Below, one piece after another: positions 9,459-18,848 of a stretch of 64,000 nucleotides of DNA; position 1 is the first letter of the stretch, and each line of letters opens with the position of its first letter. The position numbers and the translations under genes were made by a program. The notes under the pieces are model-generated. The model searched no databases and was not told the origin of the DNA. It saw only the letters and a program-made list of their open reading frames with translations. Origin of the DNA: an uncultured Gemmatimonadaceae bacterium (GTDB lineage: Bacteria > Gemmatimonadota > Gemmatimonadetes > Gemmatimonadales > Gemmatimonadaceae); the NCBI GenBank assembly GCA_963740355.1, contig CAVUDW010000002.1, positions 704,001 to 768,000 of the forward strand, in the 5' to 3' direction.

Positions 9459-9997
9459 GAGGAACTCCGTCCTCATGAGCTCAGGAACTCCGTCCCCCAA
9501 TAACCAAAACCGCACGCGACACGACCAGCGCGGCTGCGGTCGCACTCCGTGAGCTCCGTGGCCTCCCCCTCATTAGCCGTTCCTTCCCTCGCGATTGCGA
9601 GCGACCGCTGCACCGCGCACCGACGCTAACCGCAATTGGGAGGGAGGCCACGGAGCTCACGGAGTGCTCCAATTGCAACCTTGGCCTCTTCCCCAGCAAC
9701 GGTGCTGAAGGGAACTGCTGGAGGAACTCCGTCCTCGTCAGACCACGAACTCCGTCCCCAAAGAATCAAAATCGCTCGCGGTGCGACGGACGCTGCTGCG
9801 GTCGCACTCCGTGAGCTCCGTGCGCTCCCCCTCATTGCAGTTGCTTCCCTCGCGATCGCGAGCGGAGGATGCAACGCGCACCGACGCTAACGGCAATTGG
9901 GGGGGAGGCCACGGAGCTCACGGAGTGCTCCGGTAGCAGCCTTGGCCTCTTCCCCAGCAACGGTGCTGAAGGGAACTGCTGGAGGAACTCCGTCCCC
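9459..9997. repeat. tandem ~262-bp REP/BIME-like units (two full copies plus the start of a third), each with an internal inverted repeat
   Basis: GAGGAACTCCGTCC starts at 9459, 9721 and 9982. Perfect 26-bp IR at 9542-9567/9642-9667 and 19-bp IR at 9804-9822/9910-9928. Identical ~55-bp block at 9680-9734 and 9941-9995. Confidence 0.9.
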
Positions 9998-10016
9998 AAC
10001 GCGCGCCCAGCCTACG

Positions 10017-11048
10017 TCAGAACAGCGATGCTTGCGGTCCGGCCGCATCACCCGGCGGCGTGTAGCCGAAGTGCCGGTATGCAATCGCCGTCGCCACGCG
10101 ACCACGCGGTGTGCGCTGCAGGAAGCCGTTCTGCACCAGGAAGGGCTCGTACACTTCCTCGATCGTGCCTTCGTCTTCACCCACCGCTGCGGCGACGGTC
10201 TTCAGGCCGACCGGACCGCCGTCGAACATCTCGATGATGGCGCGCAGGATTCGCGCGTCCATGTCGTCCAAACCGAAGGCATCGACTTCCAGCAACTCGA
10301 GCGCCGCATCGGCAACCGCCTTGTCGATCACACCATTGGCCTTCACCTGCGCATAGTCGCGCACGCGGCGAAGCAGACGATTCGCCACTCGCGGCGTGCC
10401 ACGCGCGCGTCGTGCCAGCTCGTGCGCTCCTTCCGGCGTGATCTTGCAGTCCATCACTAGTGCGGTGCGCTTCACGACCTGCTCGAGATCTTCGGTCGGG
10501 TAGTACTTGAGCTGCTGATGGATGCCGAAACGCGCGCGCATCGGCGCCGTCAACATGCCGAGACGCGTAGTGGCGCCGATGAGCGTGAACTTCTCCACCG
10601 GCATCGTGATCGTCTGCGCCTTCGGGCCATCCGACAAGCGGATGTCCACCCGGAAATCTTCCATCGCCGGATAGAGAAACTCCTCGATCACTGGACGCAG
10701 CCGATGGATCTCGTCGATGAAGAGGATGTCCCCTTCGCGCAGGTTGGTCAGCGTGCCGACCAGGTCACCTGGTTTCTCCAGCGCCGGACCGGCGGTGGTG
10801 CGGATGTTCACGCCCATCTCGCGCGCGATGAGCTCGGCCAGTGTCGTCTTTCCCAGGCCAGGGGGGCCGAAGAAGAGCACATGATCGAGCGGCTCCTTCC
10901 GGCTCTGCGCCGCGTCGATGTAGATGCGCAGCGAGTCCTTCACCTTCGGCTGCCCGATGAATTCGGACAGCTTCTGCGGGCGCAGCGACAGTTCCACTAG
11001 GGAATCCTCGTCCATCGCCTCGGGCGTGGTGATTTCGGCGCGCGTCAT
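10017..11048 (-). CDS. ruvB: Holliday junction branch migration helicase RuvB
   Basis: [60 protein letters not shown]. Confidence 0.98.
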   Translation of the reverse strand: MTRAEITTPEAMDEDSLVELSLRPQKLSEFIGQPKVKDSLRIYIDAAQSRKEPLDHVLFFGPPGLGKTTLAELIAREMGVNIRTTAGPALEKPGDLVGTLTNLREGDILFIDEIHRLRPVIEEFLYPAMEDFRVDIRLSDGPKAQTITMPVEKFTLIGATTRLGMLTAPMRARFGIHQQLKYYPTEDLEQVVKRTALVMDCKITPEGAHELARRARGTPRVANRLLRRVRDYAQVKANGVIDKAVADAALELLEVDAFGLDDMDARILRAIIEMFDGGPVGLKTVAAAVGEDEGTIEEVYEPFLVQNGFLQRTPRGRVATAIAYRHFGYTPPGDAAGPQASLF

Positions 11049-11092
11049 GGGTGACAGATTACCCGAATAAACACCGGAACGCTATCGCCGCA

Positions 11093-11692
11093 TTACCGCG
11101 ACCCGAGCCGAGCCAATGCAGCCCGGATCAGCGCCGCCGTGCTCTCCTTCCCTTCGCCAGCGTCGAGCGCGGCCCGGATCCCCGACTCGGCATCGACCGA
11201 CCCGTAGCCCAGCGACTGCAGCGCACGCACGGCGTCGTCCACGCCAACCCCACCGGTCGCGGTGATCGAAGCCGCCCCGCGCTGCAGGTCGTCCACCTTG
11301 TCGGCCAGGTCGAGAATGAGCTGGTCGGCCTTCTTCTTCCCCAGCCCCTTCACCTGCTGCAGCGTCGCCACGTCGCGCTCACGAATGGCACGCACCAGCC
11401 GCTCGGCGCTCAACGCCGACAACATGTTGAGCGACAGCTGCGGCCCGAAGCCCTTCGCATTCAGCAGGCGCATGAAGACGTTGCGCTCATACGTCGTGCC
11501 GAAGCCGAAGAGCTGCCAGCCGTCTTCCTTTACGACCAGATGTGTGTGCAGTCGCACCGCTTCACCGGTCTTCGGCAGCATCTCGAAGGTCGAGAGCGGA
11601 ATGGCCAGCGTGTAGCCGACGCCTCCAGAGGTGAGCACTTCCACACTGGTGAGGTCGCGCTCCAGCAGCGTCCCGACGAGCAGCGTGATCAT
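11093..11692 (-). CDS. ruvA: Holliday junction branch migration protein RuvA
   Basis: GGVGY, HLVVKED..LFGF, HhH motifs KGFGPQ and KGLGKKKA, C-terminal ALQSLGY; lies between ruvC and ruvB. Confidence 0.96.
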   Translation of the reverse strand: MITLLVGTLLERDLTSVEVLTSGGVGYTLAIPLSTFEMLPKTGEAVRLHTHLVVKEDGWQLFGFGTTYERNVFMRLLNAKGFGPQLSLNMLSALSAERLVRAIRERDVATLQQVKGLGKKKADQLILDLADKVDDLQRGAASITATGGVGVDDAVRALQSLGYGSVDAESGIRAALDAGEGKESTAALIRAALARLGSR

Positions 11693-12198
11693 CGCCCGCG
11701 CCCCGCGCCCGCCAGCAGCGCGGTGGTCCGTGCGTTGAGCAGGCAGGTGAGCGCTGCCGCAACACCGTCAGCGGCGTCGTTCGGACTTGGCACCGACTTC
11801 AGGCGCAGCAATGTCTTGACCATGAACTGCACCTGTTCCTTGGTGGCGCCGCCCTGCCCGGTGATCGCTTTCTTGATCTCGGCCGGCGGATACTCGTGAA
11901 TCGTGATCCCTGCCTGCGCGCCCGCCAGCAACAACACGCCGCGTGCATGGCCGAGTGTGACGGTGGTGCGCACGTTACGCGCGTAGAAGATCGACTCCAC
12001 CGCCAAGGCGTCCGGCTTGTGTCGCGCAATCAACTTCGAGACACCCTCGAAAATCTCGACCAGTCGGTTCGCCAGCGGGTCACGCGGTGACGTACGAAAA
12101 ACTCCGCACTCCACCAGCGTGCCGCTACCGCGTCCATCACCACGCACCACGCCGAAGCCTGTGATGGCGGTGCCGGGATCGAGGCCGAGGACGAGCAG
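11689..12198 (-). CDS. ruvC: crossover junction endodeoxyribonuclease RuvC (apparent CTG start)
   Basis: In-frame extension upstream of the listed ORF gives (L)LVLGLDPGTAITGFGVV, followed by AVESIF, LGHARGV, KKAITGQGGATKEQV and DAADGVA. Confidence 0.93.
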   Translation of the reverse strand: MLVLGLDPGTAITGFGVVRGDGRGSGTLVECGVFRTSPRDPLANRLVEIFEGVSKLIARHKPDALAVESIFYARNVRTTVTLGHARGVLLLAGAQAGITIHEYPPAEIKKAITGQGGATKEQVQFMVKTLLRLKSVPSPNDAADGVAAALTCLLNARTTALLAGAGRGR

Positions 12199-12213
12199 GG
12201 TTACTCCCGCTCG

Positions 12214-12951
12214 TCAGTCGTCAAGCGCCGCTTCGTCGATGTCGAAGTTGCCTTCGACATTCTGCACGTCGTCCAGATCCTCGAGCACGTCGAGCAGCTT
12301 CACCAGGCTCTTTGCGTCGTCGCCGGTGACGTGCACAGTGCTCTGCGGCATCCATTCCAGCTTGGCCTCGGCGATCTTGAGCCCCTTCGCCTCGAGTGCT
12401 TCCTTCACGGCGTGCAGCTCGGTCGGCTCGGTGGTGACGGCGAAGGTGTCGTCCTCGCGCGCGAAATCACTGGCGCCGGCGTCGAGCGCGACTTCCATCA
12501 TCGAGTCCTCATCGCCCGCGGCCGGGAAATAGATCCGGCCCTTCCGGTCGAACATGAAGGACACCGAATTGCTGGTGCCGAGGTTGCCGCCATTGCGCGT
12601 CAGCTTGGCGCGGATGTCGGCCACCGTACGCGTCGGGTTGTCGGTGAGCGCCTGGATCATCAGGGCGACACCACCCGGGCCGTACGCCTCGTAGGTGATT
12701 TCGACGTATTCGACGCCTTCCAGTTCGCCGGTGCCCTTCTTCACCGCGCGATCGATGTTGTCCTTGGGCATCGACTGCGCGCGTGCCGCATCGATCGCGG
12801 TGCGCAGGCGCGGATTGCCACCCGGATCGCCGCCACCGGCCTTGGCCGCGACCGTGATTTCACGAATCAGCTTGGTGAAGACAGCACCGCGCTTTGCGTC
12901 GGTCGCCGCCTTGGCGTGCTTGATGTTCTTCCACTTACTGTGGCCAGCCAT
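12214..12951 (-). CDS. yebC: YebC/PmpR family protein
   Basis: MAGHSKWKNIKH, GGGDPGGNPRLR, YEAYGPGGVA, LTDNPTRT, EDLDDVQNV; directly upstream of ruvCAB. Confidence 0.97.
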   Translation of the reverse strand: MAGHSKWKNIKHAKAATDAKRGAVFTKLIREITVAAKAGGGDPGGNPRLRTAIDAARAQSMPKDNIDRAVKKGTGELEGVEYVEITYEAYGPGGVALMIQALTDNPTRTVADIRAKLTRNGGNLGTSNSVSFMFDRKGRIYFPAAGDEDSMMEVALDAGASDFAREDDTFAVTTEPTELHAVKEALEAKGLKIAEAKLEWMPQSTVHVTGDDAKSLVKLLDVLEDLDDVQNVEGNFDIDEAALDD

Positions 12952-13014
12952 GACAGCTCCGTGCAGTTCTGCGTTGTAGGGGTCAGCCGCGAAAGATAAG
13001 CCGGTTGTGCCCGG

Positions 13015-13854
13015 TTACGACTCGATCAGGTCTTCGACGCGCCCGGCGCCGGGTTCGATATACAGGTCAGTGAAGGCGCTCGGTGCCGATCGGTGCTTCA
13101 GGACATGGACCTCGAACGCCCCCGCCACATCCGGGGCGTCATCATACAGCCCCTCGCGGAAGACGCCGAGCACGACATCGGCGACGCTGGCGGCGCTGGC
13201 GAGGATGCCGAAGTCGGAAAGCGTCGGGCGCGGTGGGGGTGTAAGGGTGCGATCAGTGGCCAGCGGCGCCGTCAGGAGGACTGCCACATCCATCTCGACG
13301 GCAATCCGCTTGGCGAGCCGAACAGCCTGCGCCTGCGCCTCGGCCACCGGCCGCGGTGCCTGGTCCAGACCGGCGAGCCCGTCGATGATCACCAGCGGCG
13401 GGAGCTCACCCGCCTCCAGCCTCTCCGCGAGCAGGGCGGGGGTGTGCGGCGCCCGCTCGACCGAGATCGGCAGGCGGCGGAGCACGTCGGCGGCGGATTT
13501 TAAAGCGTCAGCGGCACCGCTCGGCAGGACGCCGGTCCTCACGGCGATATGCATCACACCGGACTCTGCCGTCACAAGTCGTTCCCAGCATTGAGCTTCG
13601 GTCGACTCATGGGTGAGGATGACGACCGGATATCCGGCGACTGCGGCACGGATCGCGACGCCAAGCGCGAGCGACGTCTTGCCCGCGCCGGCATCACCAC
13701 CGAGCACGGTCAGCTCGCCTCGCCGGAGTCCGCCGGCCAGCAGCCGATCCAGCGACGGGTACCCGGTGGTCACCAGATCCGGTGCCGGCAGCGGTTTGGC
13801 TTCGGTGGCAAGGCGCTGGAGGACGGAGTTCAGCAGTTCACGACTGGTGGGCAT
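13015..13854 (-). CDS. DnaB-like helicase C-terminal (RecA-fold) domain protein, lacking the DnaB N-terminal domain
   Basis: TGYPSLDRLLAGGLRRGELTVLGGDAGAGKTS, IIDGL, RPTLSD...ADVVL and VLKHR. ATG 13854 overlaps the upstream stop; 279 aa. Confidence 0.82.
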   Translation of the reverse strand: MPTSRELLNSVLQRLATEAKPLPAPDLVTTGYPSLDRLLAGGLRRGELTVLGGDAGAGKTSLALGVAIRAAVAGYPVVILTHESTEAQCWERLVTAESGVMHIAVRTGVLPSGAADALKSAADVLRRLPISVERAPHTPALLAERLEAGELPPLVIIDGLAGLDQAPRPVAEAQAQAVRLAKRIAVEMDVAVLLTAPLATDRTLTPPPRPTLSDFGILASAASVADVVLGVFREGLYDDAPDVAGAFEVHVLKHRSAPSAFTDLYIEPGAGRVEDLIES

Positions 13855-14285
13855 CAGCGCATGGCGGCGAGAGAGGAGCGGCGGAGCAGCCGAGCGAGGG
13901 TGGTGAGCTCGGCACGTGCACTGTTGTTTAGCACCGCGTCGGCGGCATCCCGCATCGCGTCGATGGCGTCGGCCAGCATCGAGGGTTCGCGCTCGGCGGC
14001 GACATCGCAGGCGCGAGAGGCGGCGAGGCTGACCTCCCCCGGCATCGACTGTGCGGCCAGCCAGCGGCGGGTCGCCTCGGCGCGCAGCTGCAACGCCTCG
14101 GGATCGCTGAAGTCGGATTCGCGGGGAAGGCGCGGGAGCGCCAGTCGAGCGACCATCCAGCAGGCGAGGGCTGCGGTGCGGTCGCGTGGCTGTGGCAGGG
14201 CGGCCGACTGCGTCACCAGCGCCTTCAATGGCGCGGCCACAGGCAGGAGGAGGGCGGCGGGACGGTGCACGTGGCAAAGGTACAA
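13854..14285 (-). CDS. hypothetical alpha-helical protein
   Basis: Open frame with GC-typical codons, stop/start-coupled (TGATG) to the DnaB-like gene; start uncertain. Confidence 0.6.
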   Translation of the reverse strand: MYLCHVHRPAALLLPVAAPLKALVTQSAALPQPRDRTAALACWMVARLALPRLPRESDFSDPEALQLRAEATRRWLAAQSMPGEVSLAASRACDVAAEREPSMLADAIDAMRDAADAVLNNSARAELTTLARLLRRSSLAAMR

Positions 14286-14369
14286 CTACGCGTGGGAGTC
14301 GCGGCTGTCGGACGAATCCCGCTCGCGAGTGAACCTCCACGCTCCGCGATGGGGTAACTTCCGCGGATC

Positions 14370-15929
14370 ATGACCCCTCCCGTAAAAGCCGTATTGTGGG
14401 TTGATGACGAGGCCGAGATGCTCGAGGCCCATCGCATCTTCCTCCAGGACAAAGGGTACGACGTTCAGATGGCGCGGAATTCCGAGGATGCTCTCGAGCT
14501 CCTCCGGCGCCGGCGGTTCGACGTTCTCCTGCTCGACGAGCAGATGCCCGGGAAGCGGGGCCTGGAGACGTGGCGCGACGTGCAGACCATCGACCCGATG
14601 CTGCCGGTCGTGATGATCACCAAGAGCGAGGAAGACGCGACACTTCGCGAGGCGCTCGGTGCCGCGGTGCACGATTACCTCGTCAAGCCGGTCAATCCGA
14701 GGCAGGTGCTGACGGCGATCACGCGGATTCTCGACGGTACCCGATTGCGACAGCAGGCCCTCGCCCGCGAGTTCGTGGAGCGCTTCCGGGCGTTCGAGAA
14801 TGAGGGCTACAGTAGCGACTGGCGCGGCTGGATCGAGCGCACGGCGGAAGTCACGCGCTGGGATGTGGCACTCGACGAAGCGGGCGAAGGCGGACTGCGC
14901 GAATCACTGGTGGGACTGTATCCGGCAATGCGTCGCGAGTTCGCGCAGTTCATCCGTCGCCAGTATCCGACCTGGCTGGCGGACCTGCAGGGTGATCGGC
15001 CGCCGCTCTCGATCGACATCGTGTCGGAGCATGTCGCGCCGCTGCTGACCACCGAGAAGGCCGCCTGCTTCATCGTGGTGGACTGCCTGCGTCTCGACCA
15101 GTGGCTTGGCCTGGCGCCGTTGCTCGGTCAGTGGTTCACCGAGGAACGGTCGCACTACTACTCGATCCTGCCGACGGCCACGCCGTACTCGCGGAATGCG
15201 TTGTTCAGCGGTCTGTTCCCGGGCGAGATGGCGGGCATGCATCCCGACTGGTGGAAGGAGCGCGAGGACGAGTCGCTGAACGCCCACGAGCGACAGTTGC
15301 TGGAGCTGCAGCTGAAGGAACTCGGTCACAACGTGCCGGTGCGGTACCACAAGATCAGCACGCCGCACGAGTCGGAAGACCTCGAGCGGAAGATTTCTTC
15401 GGCGGTGATTTCCGAGGGTGTGAGTGCCTTCGTCTTCAACTTCGTGGACCTGCTGACGCATAGCCGCTCCGACAATTCGGTGTTGCTGGAAGTGGCGAAG
15501 GACGAAGTCGCGCTGCGTCGCCTGACGCGCCAGTGGTTCGAGCGGTCGGCGTTGTTCAGCGTATTGAAGGAAGCGGCACGGAAGAAGATCACGGTGATCC
15601 TGACCAGCGATCACGGCTCGATCCTCTGCCAGACGCCGGCGACGGTGTTCGCGCGGCGCGACGCGACCCACAACCTGCGCTACAAGTTCGGCGAGGACCT
15701 GCGAGCCGAGAAGCCGGAGCAGGCGTTGCTCTTTCCCAATGCCGATGCGCTGCGCCTGCCGCGTCGCGGACTGGGGAAGAACACGTTGCTGGCGGCCACG
15801 GACTGCTACTTTGTGTATCCGACCAAGCTCCGTGAGTATCAGGGGCGGTATCGCGGCGGTTTCTTCCATGGTGGTGTGAGCCCCGAAGAGATGATCCTGC
15901 CGCTCGTTCGACTCGTACCCCGCCGCTGA
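14370..15929 (+). CDS. PorX-like response regulator (REC domain plus PglZ/alkaline-phosphatase-superfamily domain)
   Basis: REC motifs VLWVDDE, LLDEQMPG, MITKSEE, YLVKPVNP. PglZ motifs IVVDCLRLDQW, ILPTATPYSRNALFSG, FVDLLTH, TSDHG, HGGVSPEEMILP. Confidence 0.92.
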   Translation: MTPPVKAVLWVDDEAEMLEAHRIFLQDKGYDVQMARNSEDALELLRRRRFDVLLLDEQMPGKRGLETWRDVQTIDPMLPVVMITKSEEDATLREALGAAVHDYLVKPVNPRQVLTAITRILDGTRLRQQALAREFVERFRAFENEGYSSDWRGWIERTAEVTRWDVALDEAGEGGLRESLVGLYPAMRREFAQFIRRQYPTWLADLQGDRPPLSIDIVSEHVAPLLTTEKAACFIVVDCLRLDQWLGLAPLLGQWFTEERSHYYSILPTATPYSRNALFSGLFPGEMAGMHPDWWKEREDESLNAHERQLLELQLKELGHNVPVRYHKISTPHESEDLERKISSAVISEGVSAFVFNFVDLLTHSRSDNSVLLEVAKDEVALRRLTRQWFERSALFSVLKEAARKKITVILTSDHGSILCQTPATVFARRDATHNLRYKFGEDLRAEKPEQALLFPNADALRLPRRGLGKNTLLAATDCYFVYPTKLREYQGRYRGGFFHGGVSPEEMILPLVRLVPRR

Positions 15930-15931
15930 CC

Positions 15932-17767
15932 GTGTATCGCCGACTGCTGGGAATTCTGCGCCCGCATTCGTGGCGCATGGGCGCGACGATCGTGTGCAAC
16001 CTGATCGTCGCCGGCCTCGATGTCTTTTCGCTGACGTTGCTGATCCCATTCCTGCAGACGCTCTTCGGCCTGCAGGCATCGGCGACGCAGAAGGTGGCCA
16101 CAGGCGGCGTGCAGCAGATGTTGAACCAGCTGCTGGGCCGCTTTCTCGATCCCAGCGACAAGATGGGGTCGTTGCAGACCGTGGTGCTGGTCATCCTGGT
16201 GGCGATCACGCTGAAGAACCTCTTCGCGTGGATCAGTGGACAGCTGGGAGCCGGCCTGCAGGAACTGGTGACGCGCGACCTGCGCGACATGGTGTACCGT
16301 CACCTGTTGCAGCTTCCGCTGGCCTACTTCCAGCGCACCAAGACTGGCCAGGTGGTGACGCGGATCCTGACCGACACTGCGCAGAGCAAGGCGCTGATCA
16401 CCGAACTCGTGACGCGCTCACTCCAGAGTGGTGCGACCATAATCGTCAGTATCGTGGTGCTGGTGTCGCTGAGCTGGAAGCTGACGCTGGTGTCGCTGGT
16501 ACTGGCCCCGATGCTGATTGGCATGTTGCAGCCGATCCTGCGCAAGCTGCGCAAGCGTCATCGCCGGTTGAGCAACGAATACGGCGAGATGACGAGCATC
16601 GTGCAGGAGGCGGTGAGCGGGATTCGCCTCGTCAAGGCTACCGGAGCCGAGCCGCACGAAACGCAGCGCTTCACCGACGCCAGCGGCCGATATGCGAAAG
16701 CGATGACACGCGTCTCCGCGCTCGGCGTATTGTCGCAGCCGCTGACGGAAGTTGCCGGTACCGCGATCGCCGTGCTGGTGCTCTGGATCGGCGCGCAGCA
16801 GGTGCTGGTCGATCGCACGCTGGATGGCGCCGACCTGATCACCTTCCTGCTGGTCGTGCTGCGCATGCTGCAGCCGCTGAAGCAGATCTCGCAGGTGCCG
16901 GCGACGGCGCAGTCGTCGATGGCCAGCGCAGAGCGATTGTTCGAGGTGCTGGACGAAACGACTGAAGCGAGCGCGGATCGCGGCACGAAGCAGGTTGACG
17001 CACTGGCGGACGGCGTCCGCTTCGAGAACGTCTCGTTCACGTACGGCGATGAGGCGGTGTTGCGCGACGTGAGCTTCGATGCGCCGAAGGGCGAGATCGT
17101 GGCGCTCGTGGGAGCCAGCGGCGCGGGCAAGAGCACGCTGGTGGACCTGGTGCCGCGCTTCAACGCCCCGACGTCGGGCCGCATCCTGCTCGACGGCATC
17201 GACCTGCAGGACGTGAAGCTCACGTCGCTGCGGAAGCTGACCGGCATCGTCAGCCAGGACACGGTGTTGTTCAACGACACCGTCCGTGCGAACATCGCGT
17301 TCGGTGCGCCGGGTGTGTACACGCAGGCACAGGTGGAGGCGGCGGCTCGCGCTGCCAACGCGCATCAGTTTATCGGTGAGCTTCCACAGGGCTATGACAC
17401 GGTGCTCGGTGAACGCGGAACACGCCTCAGTGGCGGCCAGCGGCAGCGCATCGCCATTGCCCGGGCGTTGCTCAGCGATCCGCCGATCCTGATCCTCGAC
17501 GAAGCGACGTCTGCGCTCGACACCGAGAGTGAACGCCTAGTCCAGGAAGCCATCGACCGTCTGCTGGCTGGCCGCACGGTGTTCGTGATCGCGCACCGCT
17601 TGAGCACCGTCGAGCATGCGCAGCAGATTCTGGTGCTCGATCGCGGCAGGATCATCGAGCGTGGCACGCACGAGGCTCTCCTCGCGCAGCGCGGCGCCTA
17701 TCACCGATTGTACACGATGCAATTTCGCGAACGCGACAGCGCTGACGCTGTCACGGTGGACGCATGA
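15932..17767 (+). CDS. msbA: MsbA-like ABC exporter (TMD plus NBD)
   Basis: Multi-TM N-half; GASGAGKST, LSGGQRQRIAIARA, ILDEATSALD, IAHRLST; adjacent to a lipid A acyltransferase. Confidence 0.85.
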   Translation: MYRRLLGILRPHSWRMGATIVCNLIVAGLDVFSLTLLIPFLQTLFGLQASATQKVATGGVQQMLNQLLGRFLDPSDKMGSLQTVVLVILVAITLKNLFAWISGQLGAGLQELVTRDLRDMVYRHLLQLPLAYFQRTKTGQVVTRILTDTAQSKALITELVTRSLQSGATIIVSIVVLVSLSWKLTLVSLVLAPMLIGMLQPILRKLRKRHRRLSNEYGEMTSIVQEAVSGIRLVKATGAEPHETQRFTDASGRYAKAMTRVSALGVLSQPLTEVAGTAIAVLVLWIGAQQVLVDRTLDGADLITFLLVVLRMLQPLKQISQVPATAQSSMASAERLFEVLDETTEASADRGTKQVDALADGVRFENVSFTYGDEAVLRDVSFDAPKGEIVALVGASGAGKSTLVDLVPRFNAPTSGRILLDGIDLQDVKLTSLRKLTGIVSQDTVLFNDTVRANIAFGAPGVYTQAQVEAAARAANAHQFIGELPQGYDTVLGERGTRLSGGQRQRIAIARALLSDPPILILDEATSALDTESERLVQEAIDRLLAGRTVFVIAHRLSTVEHAQQILVLDRGRIIERGTHEALLAQRGAYHRLYTMQFRERDSADAVTVDA

Positions 17768-18837
17768 GTCGACTGGTCTTCTTCCATCCTTCGCCCACCT
17801 GGGGCGGCCTGGCTCGCGTGTACCTCGAGATCGGTCGCGCGCTGGCCGCTCGCGGCGTGACGGTGGCGGTCGCCTGTCCGGCCGGCTCGGTCGTCGCGTC
17901 GGGTTTCGGCGCACTCGACATCCTGCCGTTCGAGGATCGTGGCGCCTGGTTCTCGGATGGCATTCGGCTCAGCGCCATGCTGCGTGAGTACGGCTCTGAC
18001 GCGGTGGTGGTCGCGGGTGATGAGCCGCACATGATGGCGGCGTGGGCTGTGCGCCGCAGCGGCCGTGGCGCTGTGCTGCGGCGCATGCGAACCGGCATCG
18101 CCACGCCGGTGACGGTGAAGACCCGCCTCGCCGTGCGTTTGGCACCGACCTGGTTCGTGCACAGTTCTGCGGCCGAGGCGAAGGCCTCGGAGCCGGTGAA
18201 GCGCCTGCGTGGACGCATCATTGCCGATGTAGCCGTCGATCCGATGCAGTTCGAGCGCGTGGTGGCGGCGCCCACGCCAATCGGAACCAGCACCATCGCC
18301 ATCGTCACCGATCCGGAATCACAGCGTGCCACGGCCGCCGCGTTGCGCACCGTGGCAGCGATGCGGAGCCGCGGTCATCCGTTGCGTGCATTGCTACTGG
18401 GCACGCCACATGATGACAATGAGGTGCGCGTACATGCGACCGCGCTCGGCCTTGGTGACTCGTTCACCATGCTCGGTGATCCGATCGATCGGGCACCGCT
18501 GTTGGCCGCAGCCGACCTGGTTTGGGTGGCCGCCGATCATGACGATGGCGGCATCGCTGTCCTCGACGCCATGTCGCTGGCGAGCCCGGTGATCGTGACG
18601 CGAGGCACGATGGCGGAGCGCTTCGTGAAACATGGTGAGACCGGTGTGATCGCCGAACGTGATGACGCATTGGCGAGCGCCGCACTGATCACGCTTCTGG
18701 AATCGGATGCCGCGCACCTGAGTCGCATGGGTGAAGCCGCGCAGGCGGACGTCCGCGCACGTCGCGGCCTGTCCGCAGTGTCGGAGGCGTTCATGACGGT
18801 GCTGCAGGATGCCGCGTCGGCGCAGGTGGCCGCCTGA
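17764..18837 (+). CDS. GT-B fold glycosyltransferase (GT4-like), divergent
   Basis: N-terminal WGGLAR..LARALAARG and C-terminal ADLVW...VLDAMSLASPVIVT...HGETG pattern. Confidence 0.8.
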   Translation: MSRLVFFHPSPTWGGLARVYLEIGRALAARGVTVAVACPAGSVVASGFGALDILPFEDRGAWFSDGIRLSAMLREYGSDAVVVAGDEPHMMAAWAVRRSGRGAVLRRMRTGIATPVTVKTRLAVRLAPTWFVHSSAAEAKASEPVKRLRGRIIADVAVDPMQFERVVAAPTPIGTSTIAIVTDPESQRATAAALRTVAAMRSRGHPLRALLLGTPHDDNEVRVHATALGLGDSFTMLGDPIDRAPLLAAADLVWVAADHDDGGIAVLDAMSLASPVIVTRGTMAERFVKHGETGVIAERDDALASAALITLLESDAAHLSRMGEAAQADVRARRGLSAVSEAFMTVLQDAASAQVAA

Positions 18838-18848
18838 CCGCTGCCCTC

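Noticed and set aside
9459..9997. CRISPR array
   Set aside because: The period is ~262 bp, the sequences between motifs are homologous rather than unique spacers, and no cas genes are present.
14370..15929. BREX defence system (PglZ)
   Set aside because: The PglZ domain is fused to a receiver domain as in PorX, and no brxC, pglX or brxL genes are nearby.
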